The position numbers and the translations under genes are program-made. From a virus: DNA of 64,000 bases. Position 1 is the first letter of the stretch; every line of letters starts with the position of its first letter. The notes under the pieces were generated by a model that did no database searches, was not told where the DNA came from, and saw only the letters and a list, made by a program, of their open reading frames with translations. The stretch spans positions 19,929 to 83,928 of the IMG/VR virus record IMGVR_UViG_3300022700_000177; one strand, 5' to 3'. Of the stretch, positions 18,856 through 26,759 are shown piece by piece.

Positions 18856-19709
18856 TTAACGAAGGCCCTCCAATAATAATTGATTCCTCTTCCCTTGCCC
18901 ACCGAGCAAAACATGCTGTGAAAGACCTCTCCTATGATTTTATAAAAACCTCTGTCCTGTTTGGTTTTATGAACCAATTGAAAAAGATTGCAGATAACCT
19001 CAAAAATGCCAATTTTGTATTCTGTTTTGATAGCAGAGAAAATTATAGGAAAAAAATATTTCCTGAGTATAAACTTAGGAAGAGAGCAAAGGAATTAACA
19101 GATTATGAAAAGGAATTGAATGAGGCTACTTATAGACAAATCAATTTGTTAAGGGAAGAAATTCTTCCCTCTTTAGGTTTCAAGAATATTTTCATACAAG
19201 AAGGATTTGAAGCAGATGATCTTATAGCTTCGATTTGCTTTTGTAATGAAGGGCACAAGATAATTGTAAGTAGTGATGAGGATCTTTATCAACTTCTTGA
19301 TACTGCGGATATGTACAAGGCTAACGGTAAGCTTTACTCAAAACAAGATTTACAAGAAGAGTTTGGAATCACACCTAAAGAGTGGTGGAGAGTAAAAGCT
19401 ATTGCTGGATGTAACTCAGACGAGGTTCCAGGAGTACCTAAAGTAGGAGAGAAAACTGCTATTAGGTATCTTAAAGGGACTCTAAAGAAAGATTCAGTTG
19501 CTTATAAAAACATTGAGGATAGCAAAAAGCTACTAAACAGGAATGTAAAGCTTGTTAAACTCCCATTGAAAGGAACAAGGAAAATTAAATTGGATAACTC
19601 TCCTGAAAACATTTCTTTATATGAGTTCAGAAGGTTTGCAAGAATGTATAATATGCAATCTTTGCTAAATAAAACCGACCAATGGGTCTCAAGCTTTTGG
19701 ATGGTATAA
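18852..19709 (+). CDS. 5'-3' exonuclease / flap endonuclease
   Basis: IDSS.L.HR, FD...YR..IFPEYK, EADD, SSDED.YQL, G..SD.VPGV.KVGEKTA. Confidence 0.9.
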   Translation: MINEGPPIIIDSSSLAHRAKHAVKDLSYDFIKTSVLFGFMNQLKKIADNLKNANFVFCFDSRENYRKKIFPEYKLRKRAKELTDYEKELNEATYRQINLLREEILPSLGFKNIFIQEGFEADDLIASICFCNEGHKIIVSSDEDLYQLLDTADMYKANGKLYSKQDLQEEFGITPKEWWRVKAIAGCNSDEVPGVPKVGEKTAIRYLKGTLKKDSVAYKNIEDSKKLLNRNVKLVKLPLKGTRKIKLDNSPENISLYEFRRFARMYNMQSLLNKTDQWVSSFWMV

Positions 19710-19710
19710 T

Positions 19711-19959
19711 ATGGAACAGACAGTCACTTTCAAAACAACAGAAGAAACACCATCTGGCAGAAGCAAAGATATTAATAATCAACTTTCTAAAGACAGAAGG
19801 AAAAGAAATCCTGATATTGGTTACCACTATATGGATTATTTCATAAATAGCAATGGAGATTTATCTGTTACCTATTATTTAAGAAGAAATTTAATGGATT
19901 GCAACAGTAAGAGGTATATTACCAATGGTGGCGAGGACAGTAGCATCAAGGAAAGCTAA
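19711..19959 (+). CDS. hypothetical protein
   Basis: ORF within the operon. Confidence 0.45.
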   Translation: MEQTVTFKTTEETPSGRSKDINNQLSKDRRKRNPDIGYHYMDYFINSNGDLSVTYYLRRNLMDCNSKRYITNGGEDSSIKES

Positions 19960-20344
19960 AGGCAGGAATCTTCAAAAAGAGATTGCTGAAGCTATTTCTT
20001 ATATATTGGATGAGGAATGTGGAAAAGATTGCCCTATTCAATCAAGGGAAATGGGCCAATCTGGCGTTGATATTAAACTTGAAAAATGGTTACTTAAGGA
20101 ATTTCCATTTTCCATTGAGGTAAAAGCTCAGGACAGATGGAGCGTGCCCGCTTGGATAAAACAAGCAGAAGATAATGAACTTGAAAATACAAACTGGTTA
20201 TTGTTTTTCCAGAGAAAAAATAAAAATCCTGTAGCTGTAATAGATGCTTATGTATTCTTTGACATTTTGAGGAGAGTTTATGGCAGGACTAAAGAGAAAG
20301 AAAAAGAATCAAAGCTCAATAGAAAAACCACCAAGAATACATAA
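19925..20344 (+). CDS. PD-(D/E)xK Holliday junction resolvase
   Basis: SRKAKGR.LQ, GVD, IEVK, W..QA. Confidence 0.75.
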   Translation: MVARTVASRKAKGRNLQKEIAEAISYILDEECGKDCPIQSREMGQSGVDIKLEKWLLKEFPFSIEVKAQDRWSVPAWIKQAEDNELENTNWLLFFQRKNKNPVAVIDAYVFFDILRRVYGRTKEKEKESKLNRKTTKNT

Positions 20345-20540
20345 ACCCAATAAAAAACTTCCTTGGAAAAAAGTAAAATCAAAAGAAGATTTCCCTCCAG
20401 AGACAAATGATTTGATAGTTTTTTATCAAAGTGATTATGGCTCAGAAATAGGAACTTCTGGAGTTGTGAGACAGCACATGCTAAAAAAAGAAAATCCAAT
20501 AAAAGTACTTGCATGGTTTTTGTTGGAGGAGGCTTTATGA
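20280..20540 (+). CDS. hypothetical protein
   Basis: GAGGAG RBS. Confidence 0.5.
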   Translation: MAGLKRKKKNQSSIEKPPRIHKPNKKLPWKKVKSKEDFPPETNDLIVFYQSDYGSEIGTSGVVRQHMLKKENPIKVLAWFLLEEAL

Positions 20541-20758
20541 GACAAAAAAGAGTTAGGAGTTTGAGAGAAGCTTTTTTAGGTTTAGTACAGAGGATGAAAA
20601 TAGCGGATAAACAGCAAACCTCTTTTTGGAGAAAACTCAAAAGAGGTTATAATGAATCCAAGCAACCAAAAATGAAAGATCACAGACCAGAAATAAAAGC
20701 AAAAATTGAAAGGAGTAAGAGGAGAAAAAAGAAAAATGCTGAACTGGCTACATCTTAA
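20513..20758 (+). CDS. basic hypothetical protein (probable start about 20537)
   Basis: GGAGG RBS before MRQKRV. Confidence 0.45.
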   Translation: MVFVGGGFMRQKRVRSLREAFLGLVQRMKIADKQQTSFWRKLKRGYNESKQPKMKDHRPEIKAKIERSKRRKKKNAELATS

Positions 20759-21770
20759 AAATTTCCAAATCCATAAGGATTCTCTATTGGAGTTTAGTCC
20801 AGGCATAAACTTCATAAAAGGGGAAACTCACAATGGCAAATCCTCTATTGTGAGGGCATTAAGATTAATTGCTTTCAACGATCCCCTAACAGATGAATAC
20901 TTACATGAAGGCAAAACCACCACAATAAAAGCTGATATTGACGGAAATACTGTAACAAAAATACGAAGTAAATCAAAGAATGAATATAAAGTCAACAATG
21001 GCCCTTCTTTGAAAGCTTTCAGAACGAAAGTCCCGGAAGAAGTTTCTCAAGTATTGAATCTCACCACACAAAACTTTCAAGAACAGAAGGAACCCTACTT
21101 CCTAATACAGAATACCCCTACAGAACGAATGTCAATTCTTGACAATATTGCTGGATTTGAGGAAATAAAAAATATTCTTAGTAATGCCAATTTGGAAGTC
21201 CATAGAATTTCAAGTGGTATAAATGCTTTGAAAGAAAGGATTGAAGAACATCAAGAACAGCTTAAGGATTATAAAGGGGTTGAGGAAAAGTATAATCAAG
21301 TTGAATCCACATTGAACAACCTTGAACTTGTAAAATATTATAAAAACTGTATTTTTGAAATTGAAAATATCCTTGAACAGTTAAGAAATTTCAAAAAGAA
21401 GGAAGCCAAATTAAAAAGGATTATAAGTAAAAAACCCGTTGTTGCAGAGTTCAAAAAAGTAAGGAACAAATATTGGGAAATACATTCTGATAGAGTGGGC
21501 TTAATCACCATTCAAAAAGATATCATAGATGTAAAGAGAAAAATAAGTGAATCTCAAAAAGTGATTGAGAAGAAAGAAGCTGTTCAGCAAGCAAAAGATT
21601 TGATACAGAGATTGACAGAAATAGCCAAGGGCAAGGTCCTGCTGAACGATCTACTCAAACATGATAACAAACTACAGGCAGCTAAAAAACGAGCAGAGGA
21701 CCTCAAGGAGCAGAGAAAACAGCTTGAGGCAGAGGTAGAAGTATGCCCTATATGTAAGAAACCCTTCTGA
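20736..21770 (+). CDS. SbcC/Rad50 N-terminal half (Walker A, coiled coil, zinc hook)
   Basis: LKNFQ.H, GETHNGKSS, Q-loop; ends CPICKKPF. Confidence 0.85.
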   Translation: MLNWLHLKNFQIHKDSLLEFSPGINFIKGETHNGKSSIVRALRLIAFNDPLTDEYLHEGKTTTIKADIDGNTVTKIRSKSKNEYKVNNGPSLKAFRTKVPEEVSQVLNLTTQNFQEQKEPYFLIQNTPTERMSILDNIAGFEEIKNILSNANLEVHRISSGINALKERIEEHQEQLKDYKGVEEKYNQVESTLNNLELVKYYKNCIFEIENILEQLRNFKKKEAKLKRIISKKPVVAEFKKVRNKYWEIHSDRVGLITIQKDIIDVKRKISESQKVIEKKEAVQQAKDLIQRLTEIAKGKVLLNDLLKHDNKLQAAKKRAEDLKEQRKQLEAEVEVCPICKKPF

Positions 21771-21777
21771 GGAAAAA

Positions 21778-22647
21778 ATGAAACATTTACCAGTATTTAT
21801 TCCATGTTATTTTGGGGACAAATCAGTTAGAGAAAAACGAATCAAAGCATTTGAGACTCAGGTAGAATGGTTTTTATCTTTGGATGAGAGAATAGTTCTC
21901 TTTATTACTATAATGGACCCCCACTATAAACCCGCACCAAACAAAAGAATCTATTATTTTTATTCAACTAAAATTGTGCACCCTTCAGTCATAAAAAATA
22001 GAGGGTTGAAAGAGTTTTATAATAGTGAGGCCAAGTGGTGCATACTTGCTGATAATGATTCTATACTATATGACCACTTCATTGGAGAAAAAATATTCTC
22101 TCATATGCTTGACTACCCAAAAGAATGGTCTAAATTAGATATGTGGTATCCTATCAATCCTATAAATGAGCCTTTTAATTGGAGATACAGGAACGGTACT
22201 GTAAAGCAACTTATTTATTTTGAAACAGCAAGTGTGACTTTGAAAGGGAGCTTAATTGCTTTAAGGAATACAGGAACAAAAGTGTTTTTCAATGAGAACA
22301 GGCTTTGCTCTGAAGACACAGAGTTTCTTATCAATATGATTATGGAGGGCAAGAGGTGCTATAAATGTGTGGGTGCGGTATTAAAGGAATTAGTACAATC
22401 AAAAACACAAAGTACCTTTGAAAAACTAAAAAACCCAGAAGATAGAAAAACAATAGTCTCACAAGATAAATTAGAATTGGCAAAGAAGTACCCCCCACTG
22501 CAAGCGAAAGTTATGGAGAATGGGAATGTGAATTTTATTACCAATCAGTTTTATAAAAAATACAGGGTAGGACCAAAGAATATAAAGATACCCATAGATC
22601 CAAATGATAACCCTGTAATATTCAAATCTATGTTCAATGGGGAATGA
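21778..22647 (+). CDS. GT-A glycosyltransferase
   Basis: VFIPCY, ILADND (DxD), SEDTEF...G. Confidence 0.6.
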   Translation: MKHLPVFIPCYFGDKSVREKRIKAFETQVEWFLSLDERIVLFITIMDPHYKPAPNKRIYYFYSTKIVHPSVIKNRGLKEFYNSEAKWCILADNDSILYDHFIGEKIFSHMLDYPKEWSKLDMWYPINPINEPFNWRYRNGTVKQLIYFETASVTLKGSLIALRNTGTKVFFNENRLCSEDTEFLINMIMEGKRCYKCVGAVLKELVQSKTQSTFEKLKNPEDRKTIVSQDKLELAKKYPPLQAKVMENGNVNFITNQFYKKYRVGPKNIKIPIDPNDNPVIFKSMFNGE

Positions 22648-22858
22648 TATGGAAAACGAAGTTGATATTTTTTCACTTCCAATAGAAATGGATGAAACAC
22701 ACGAAAGAGGAAACGCAAGCATTTGTGTAGATAAAATAAAATGCCACCCAGATGATTATGAGTTGCTTGTTACAGGATTAAATGGATTAAGAGGAAAGAT
22801 AAATGAAAATCATGGCGTTGCCGGATCTTCATCTGAGGATTCAGAAACCAAAGAATAG
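22637..22858 (+). CDS. hypothetical protein
   Basis: ORF within the operon. Confidence 0.4.
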   Translation: MGNDMENEVDIFSLPIEMDETHERGNASICVDKIKCHPDDYELLVTGLNGLRGKINENHGVAGSSSEDSETKE

Positions 22859-23819
22859 GAAAGACCAAGATTTCTATTCTTCAGTAGTGTTAAAAAAATT
22901 ACAATGGATTCAAGACTTTGCAACTGAGAATGGGATTAATTATGTGATCCAACCTGGGGACTTTTTTGATTCAGCAGAAGTCCCAAAAAGAATCATAGGT
23001 GATGTAATAAAAATTCTTTATCCTAACACATTTGCCAAAATAGACTGGTTTGTTGTTCCAGGCCAGCACGATCTTGTCAATCACTCTCCTAATCTATCAA
23101 ATACACCAATAAGGCTTCTTGAAGAGGCTAAGGTTGTCCGTATTCTCAAAAAAGATGAAGCTGTATGGCTTAGTGATGAAGTTTCCCTCCAGGGGACGGG
23201 TTGGGGAGAAGAGATTCCAGAGCCATCAGAAGATGCTGCTATAAATATTCTCACACTACATAAAATGATTGTGAATGAAGAAAAAGAATGGGATGCTCAG
23301 GAAGGACATACATGGGCATTACAACTTCTAAGAAATAGTGGGTTTGACTATATAATTTCAGGAGACAACCACAGAAGTTTTCATATACGAAACAGAAGTA
23401 AATATTTGATTAATTGCGGCACACTCATCAGAAACAAGATTGACATGAAAGAGTATAAACCTTGTGTTTATGTAATAGACACCGAAAAGAAAGAAGTTAA
23501 AAAGCATTATGTTCCTATAAATACAGATGTATTTCAAGAGGTTGAGACTGAAGTTGAAAAATTGGCAGAAACCTTAAAAACCTCTTTTGAAGTTTCACTA
23601 AGCTACAGAGAGAATGTTTTCAAAAGAATGGAAGAGCAAGAAATAGATGAGTTAACAAGATCCTATATATTAAAAGCAATGGAGGTTGAAGATGGCGAAG
23701 AATATAGAGGAAATGTCCCAGAGGTTTCTGGATCTGGAAGAGGAGATCAATCAAGCAGAACAAAACGTCCATCGCTTAACAGGAGAAAGAAGCGTTTTAG
23801 TCAAGACCTTGAAAGATAA
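22803..23819 (+). CDS. SbcD/Mre11 nuclease
   Basis: DLH, GDFFD, PGQHD, SGDNH metallophosphoesterase motifs. Confidence 0.9.
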   Translation: MKIMALPDLHLRIQKPKNRKDQDFYSSVVLKKLQWIQDFATENGINYVIQPGDFFDSAEVPKRIIGDVIKILYPNTFAKIDWFVVPGQHDLVNHSPNLSNTPIRLLEEAKVVRILKKDEAVWLSDEVSLQGTGWGEEIPEPSEDAAINILTLHKMIVNEEKEWDAQEGHTWALQLLRNSGFDYIISGDNHRSFHIRNRSKYLINCGTLIRNKIDMKEYKPCVYVIDTEKKEVKKHYVPINTDVFQEVETEVEKLAETLKTSFEVSLSYRENVFKRMEEQEIDELTRSYILKAMEVEDGEEYRGNVPEVSGSGRGDQSSRTKRPSLNRRKKRFSQDLER

Positions 23820-23940
23820 ATATAATGTGTCCTCAAATAAAGAGACAACAGATAAACTTGAGGAATTAAAAAAGGAAGAACAAGAGGCAAAAGCGAAATT
23901 GGAGGAGTTGTATGAGCAAATTACAGAGGATGCAAGTTAG
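23692..23940 (+). CDS. small coiled-coil protein
   Basis: GGAGG RBS; heptad pattern. Confidence 0.55.
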   Translation: MAKNIEEMSQRFLDLEEEINQAEQNVHRLTGERSVLVKTLKDKYNVSSNKETTDKLEELKKEEQEAKAKLEELYEQITEDAS

Positions 23941-24529
23941 GCTTGAGGAGATACAGGATGAGTTGAAAGACAAATTAGCCAATAAGAGGTATGTTGAAGA
24001 TCAGATTAAAGAAGTAGAAGAAAGGATTTCTACTGAGGAAGAGAATAAAAATGCAGCAAAGATAGCGAGAGAATTTTTACAATCGGTTGCTACTCAAACC
24101 CAAAATCAGATTGTAGAATATTTTGAAAGTACTGGAACCCATGCAATTCAGCCTCTTTCCGTAGAACCCATATCTGTTAAAATGGATTTTTTGGAGAAGA
24201 GGGGCAAGACAGAATGTGATTTGTATTATCAGGATAAGAATGGCAAGAGGCTGAGTCCTATGTTTTCTTCAGGATATGGACTCAATGATATGAGTTCCAT
24301 AGCTTTCAGACTTCTTTACTGTAACATATTGAAAACGAATAAGATTTTAGTTCTTGATGAACCTATGAAGCAGGTAAGTGAGGGGTATATTGAGGAAGCA
24401 TGTGAAATCCTAAAAACACTTGTTAAGTCAGAAGGTTTCCAAGTAATCCTAATTTCAAATGCTTACAAACCTTTCTTTGAAGAAATTGCAGATAAAGTTT
24501 TTTATGTTGAACAGGGTGAAGTTTATTAA
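23912..24529 (+). CDS. SbcC/Rad50 C-terminal half (ABC signature and Walker B)
   Basis: coiled coil, FSSGYG, LVLDEP, QVILIS. Confidence 0.8.
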   Translation: MSKLQRMQVRLEEIQDELKDKLANKRYVEDQIKEVEERISTEEENKNAAKIAREFLQSVATQTQNQIVEYFESTGTHAIQPLSVEPISVKMDFLEKRGKTECDLYYQDKNGKRLSPMFSSGYGLNDMSSIAFRLLYCNILKTNKILVLDEPMKQVSEGYIEEACEILKTLVKSEGFQVILISNAYKPFFEEIADKVFYVEQGEVY

Positions 24530-24541
24530 AGGGGGTGGAAT

Positions 24542-24730
24542 ATGCCCCCAAAACTCAAAAGAAGGGATAAGCGACATAAATGTAAAAGATGCGGAGAAAA
24601 AACCACAAATAGAATGTATTGCTCAGATTGTTTAAGGTATTTAGAAAACAACCCAAAAGATACTTTGTATGATGAGGAAAGCTATAAACTATCAATAGAC
24701 TTTGAACTGGAGGGCTACTATGAGAATTAA
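24542..24730 (+). CDS. small zinc-finger protein
   Basis: CKRC...CSDC. Confidence 0.55.
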   Translation: MPPKLKRRDKRHKCKRCGEKTTNRMYCSDCLRYLENNPKDTLYDEESYKLSIDFELEGYYEN

Positions 24731-24974
24731 TAATAAAGAAGTCTCTGTTTATTGCGCACATTGTGGGCAGAATTTTACTGTCTCAAGTAATTGTGACCAT
24801 AATGATGAAGTTGTTATTTATGTGGAACCTCACCTTTGTAATATGTATGTGGATGATAGAGGAATGGTGATTGATAGGGTAAAGAAGCAAAATGAAGCTT
24901 TACAAAAAAGGAACACGGAACTTGTTGAGGAGAACAGGAAGTTAAAAGCAGGGGTTGTGCCAAGTGCCACATAA
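24720..24974 (+). CDS. small zinc-binding / coiled-coil protein
   Basis: CAHC...PHLC; GGAGG RBS. Confidence 0.5.
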   Translation: MRINNKEVSVYCAHCGQNFTVSSNCDHNDEVVIYVEPHLCNMYVDDRGMVIDRVKKQNEALQKRNTELVEENRKLKAGVVPSAT

Positions 24975-25143
24975 AGGACCCCCAAAAGGATGCAAAAGAA
25001 AGCATCTTGTTTTTTGTTCTGTATGTGGAAAAGAGGTTTATCTATCACACCGTAGAATAGCAGAAGGTAGGGTATGCTCTAAATGCAGAACAGAAAAAAT
25101 AGATTGGCCTGAGTGGATTCCAGAAATAATACAACAGTTTTAG
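24955..25143 (+). CDS. small zinc-finger protein
   Basis: CSVC...CSKC. Confidence 0.5.
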   Translation: MCQVPHKGPPKGCKRKHLVFCSVCGKEVYLSHRRIAEGRVCSKCRTEKIDWPEWIPEIIQQF

Positions 25144-25152
25144 GGGGAGACG

Positions 25153-25755
25153 ATGATGGAAGTTGACTACATAAAGGAAGTAAAAAGGCAATTCAATTTG
25201 GAACCGGTTACTTATTTTATATTCAGGAGGGGGACTCGATTTTCACTTGAGGAACTTCAAATTTATTTAGACCAAATAGATGGTTTAGAAAATGAAATGT
25301 TAAAAAATAACCACAAGTACATACAAGATAAAAGGTATAAAAGACCGTTGATTACTGTGGTGCTGTTTGTTGATCAAAATAGAGAGTGCAAAGTCAAGGC
25401 TTTGTCTGTCAGGTCTCAAAAAGATGAGTTTGATGCTGAAAGGGGAATTAATGAAGCTGCCAGGCACACTTTACGATTGTTAAAAGGAAGAGAAGAAACC
25501 CCAGTAAGAAGACCATATGCTGTTAGGACATTGATTAACTGCTGCATGAATACCACATGCCATGCAGAAGAGTATCCAAAACTCGACCTATTCGAACAGT
25601 CCCTTATCTGTTCCAAGAAAAAGGTGGTAGATATGGTTCAGAATGGAAATGCTTCATCAACACCCTGTTTTGATGCTAAATACCCACCTATAAATGTTAA
25701 CCTATCTTTAAAAAGTACTCTATTTAAAAGCCCCTTTTTAGACAAATTTTTGTGA
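25153..25755 (+). CDS. hypothetical protein
   Basis: 200 aa ORF with RBS. Confidence 0.6.
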   Translation: MMEVDYIKEVKRQFNLEPVTYFIFRRGTRFSLEELQIYLDQIDGLENEMLKNNHKYIQDKRYKRPLITVVLFVDQNRECKVKALSVRSQKDEFDAERGINEAARHTLRLLKGREETPVRRPYAVRTLINCCMNTTCHAEEYPKLDLFEQSLICSKKKVVDMVQNGNASSTPCFDAKYPPINVNLSLKSTLFKSPFLDKFL

Positions 25756-25774
25756 GATAACAGGAGAATTAGAT

Positions 25775-26611
25775 ATGAATAAAGCTGTTTTTGATCCAAT
25801 TTTTATTAAAGGAATGGATCTGGATGACACATGGTTTCAATTGCTATACAACTTAAAACATCATGGAAGACAATACTATATAGACGAAGGTTCATATGCA
25901 GGGCAGTATCGTCTGGCATTTGATTTTGTATCTGGTGTTGTACAATATCCTCATCAAAGACCACTGGCTCCACGTATTCCTGAGTCCAGCCCTTTGCCTC
26001 CTCCAGCAACAGATGAAGAGATAGAGCAGTATTTTGCAAACTATCTTATGGATAGTGAGATTGCTGTAAATGAGGATTATCGCTATGCTACATGGATTGT
26101 TGGTGGTGAATATACTTTACCAAAAGCAAAATTGCTACTGGAGCAAACTGAGGTTGAAATAAGCAAAACCTCCCCATCCATGGAATACATAACAAGAAAA
26201 TTTAAAACAGTGACCGAACAAAAAATTGAAGTCCCAAATCAGGTGCAATGGTTAATTGATCATTTCAAGGAAAAGGGTCATGGAAATGAACATGGATTTA
26301 TTACTATTGGGTATCCTGAGTCTAATTTTGCTTATGACATTCCATACCAAAACGAAAATGAACGTAGGACTTCTCCTTGCTTACGTGGTCTGGACTTTCG
26401 CATTATTGATGGCAGGCTTACTACTCATGTTGTTTATAGGAGTTGGGACCTTGTTGGGGGTTGGCCCACTAACATGGGGGGTTTTACGCTACTCAATGAA
26501 TATATTGCCCAAGAAATAGGGGTTGATCCTGGACCACTCACATTTTCCTGCAAATCCCTTCATGCTTATGATCATGCCCTCAATTTTCTAAATCAAAGGG
26601 TGGGAGGTTAA
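25775..26611 (+). CDS. thyA: thymidylate synthase (ThyA fold, archaeal-like)
   Basis: SPCLR (catalytic Cys), YRSWD..GG.PTN, SLHAY. Confidence 0.8.
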   Translation: MNKAVFDPIFIKGMDLDDTWFQLLYNLKHHGRQYYIDEGSYAGQYRLAFDFVSGVVQYPHQRPLAPRIPESSPLPPPATDEEIEQYFANYLMDSEIAVNEDYRYATWIVGGEYTLPKAKLLLEQTEVEISKTSPSMEYITRKFKTVTEQKIEVPNQVQWLIDHFKEKGHGNEHGFITIGYPESNFAYDIPYQNENERRTSPCLRGLDFRIIDGRLTTHVVYRSWDLVGGWPTNMGGFTLLNEYIAQEIGVDPGPLTFSCKSLHAYDHALNFLNQRVGG

Positions 26612-26612
26612 A

Positions 26613-26759
26613 ATGAAAAAGAATAAAAAGAAAGAAATACAATGTAGGTATTGCGGTAAAAAGTATTTGGCAACCCCTCAGAAATTGTATTATAGGGGGC
26701 CAGTATGTCATAGGTGTTTAAATACAATTAATAAAGGAGCAGTAAATGGAATACAGTGA
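26613..26759 (+). CDS. small zinc-finger protein (48 aa, not in the ORF track)
   Basis: GGAGG RBS; CRYC...CHRC. Confidence 0.5.
   Translation: MKKNKKKEIQCRYCGKKYLATPQKLYYRGPVCHRCLNTINKGAVNGIQ

Noticed and set aside
19702-19710. TGGTATAAT as an extended -10 promoter
   Set aside because: It is formed by the last codons and stop of the exonuclease gene and abuts the next ATG, leaving no room for a transcription start
25775-26611. dCMP hydroxymethylase supplying hmC to the glycosyltransferases
   Set aside because: The specificity position is Asn (PTN), typical of dUMP enzymes, not Asp
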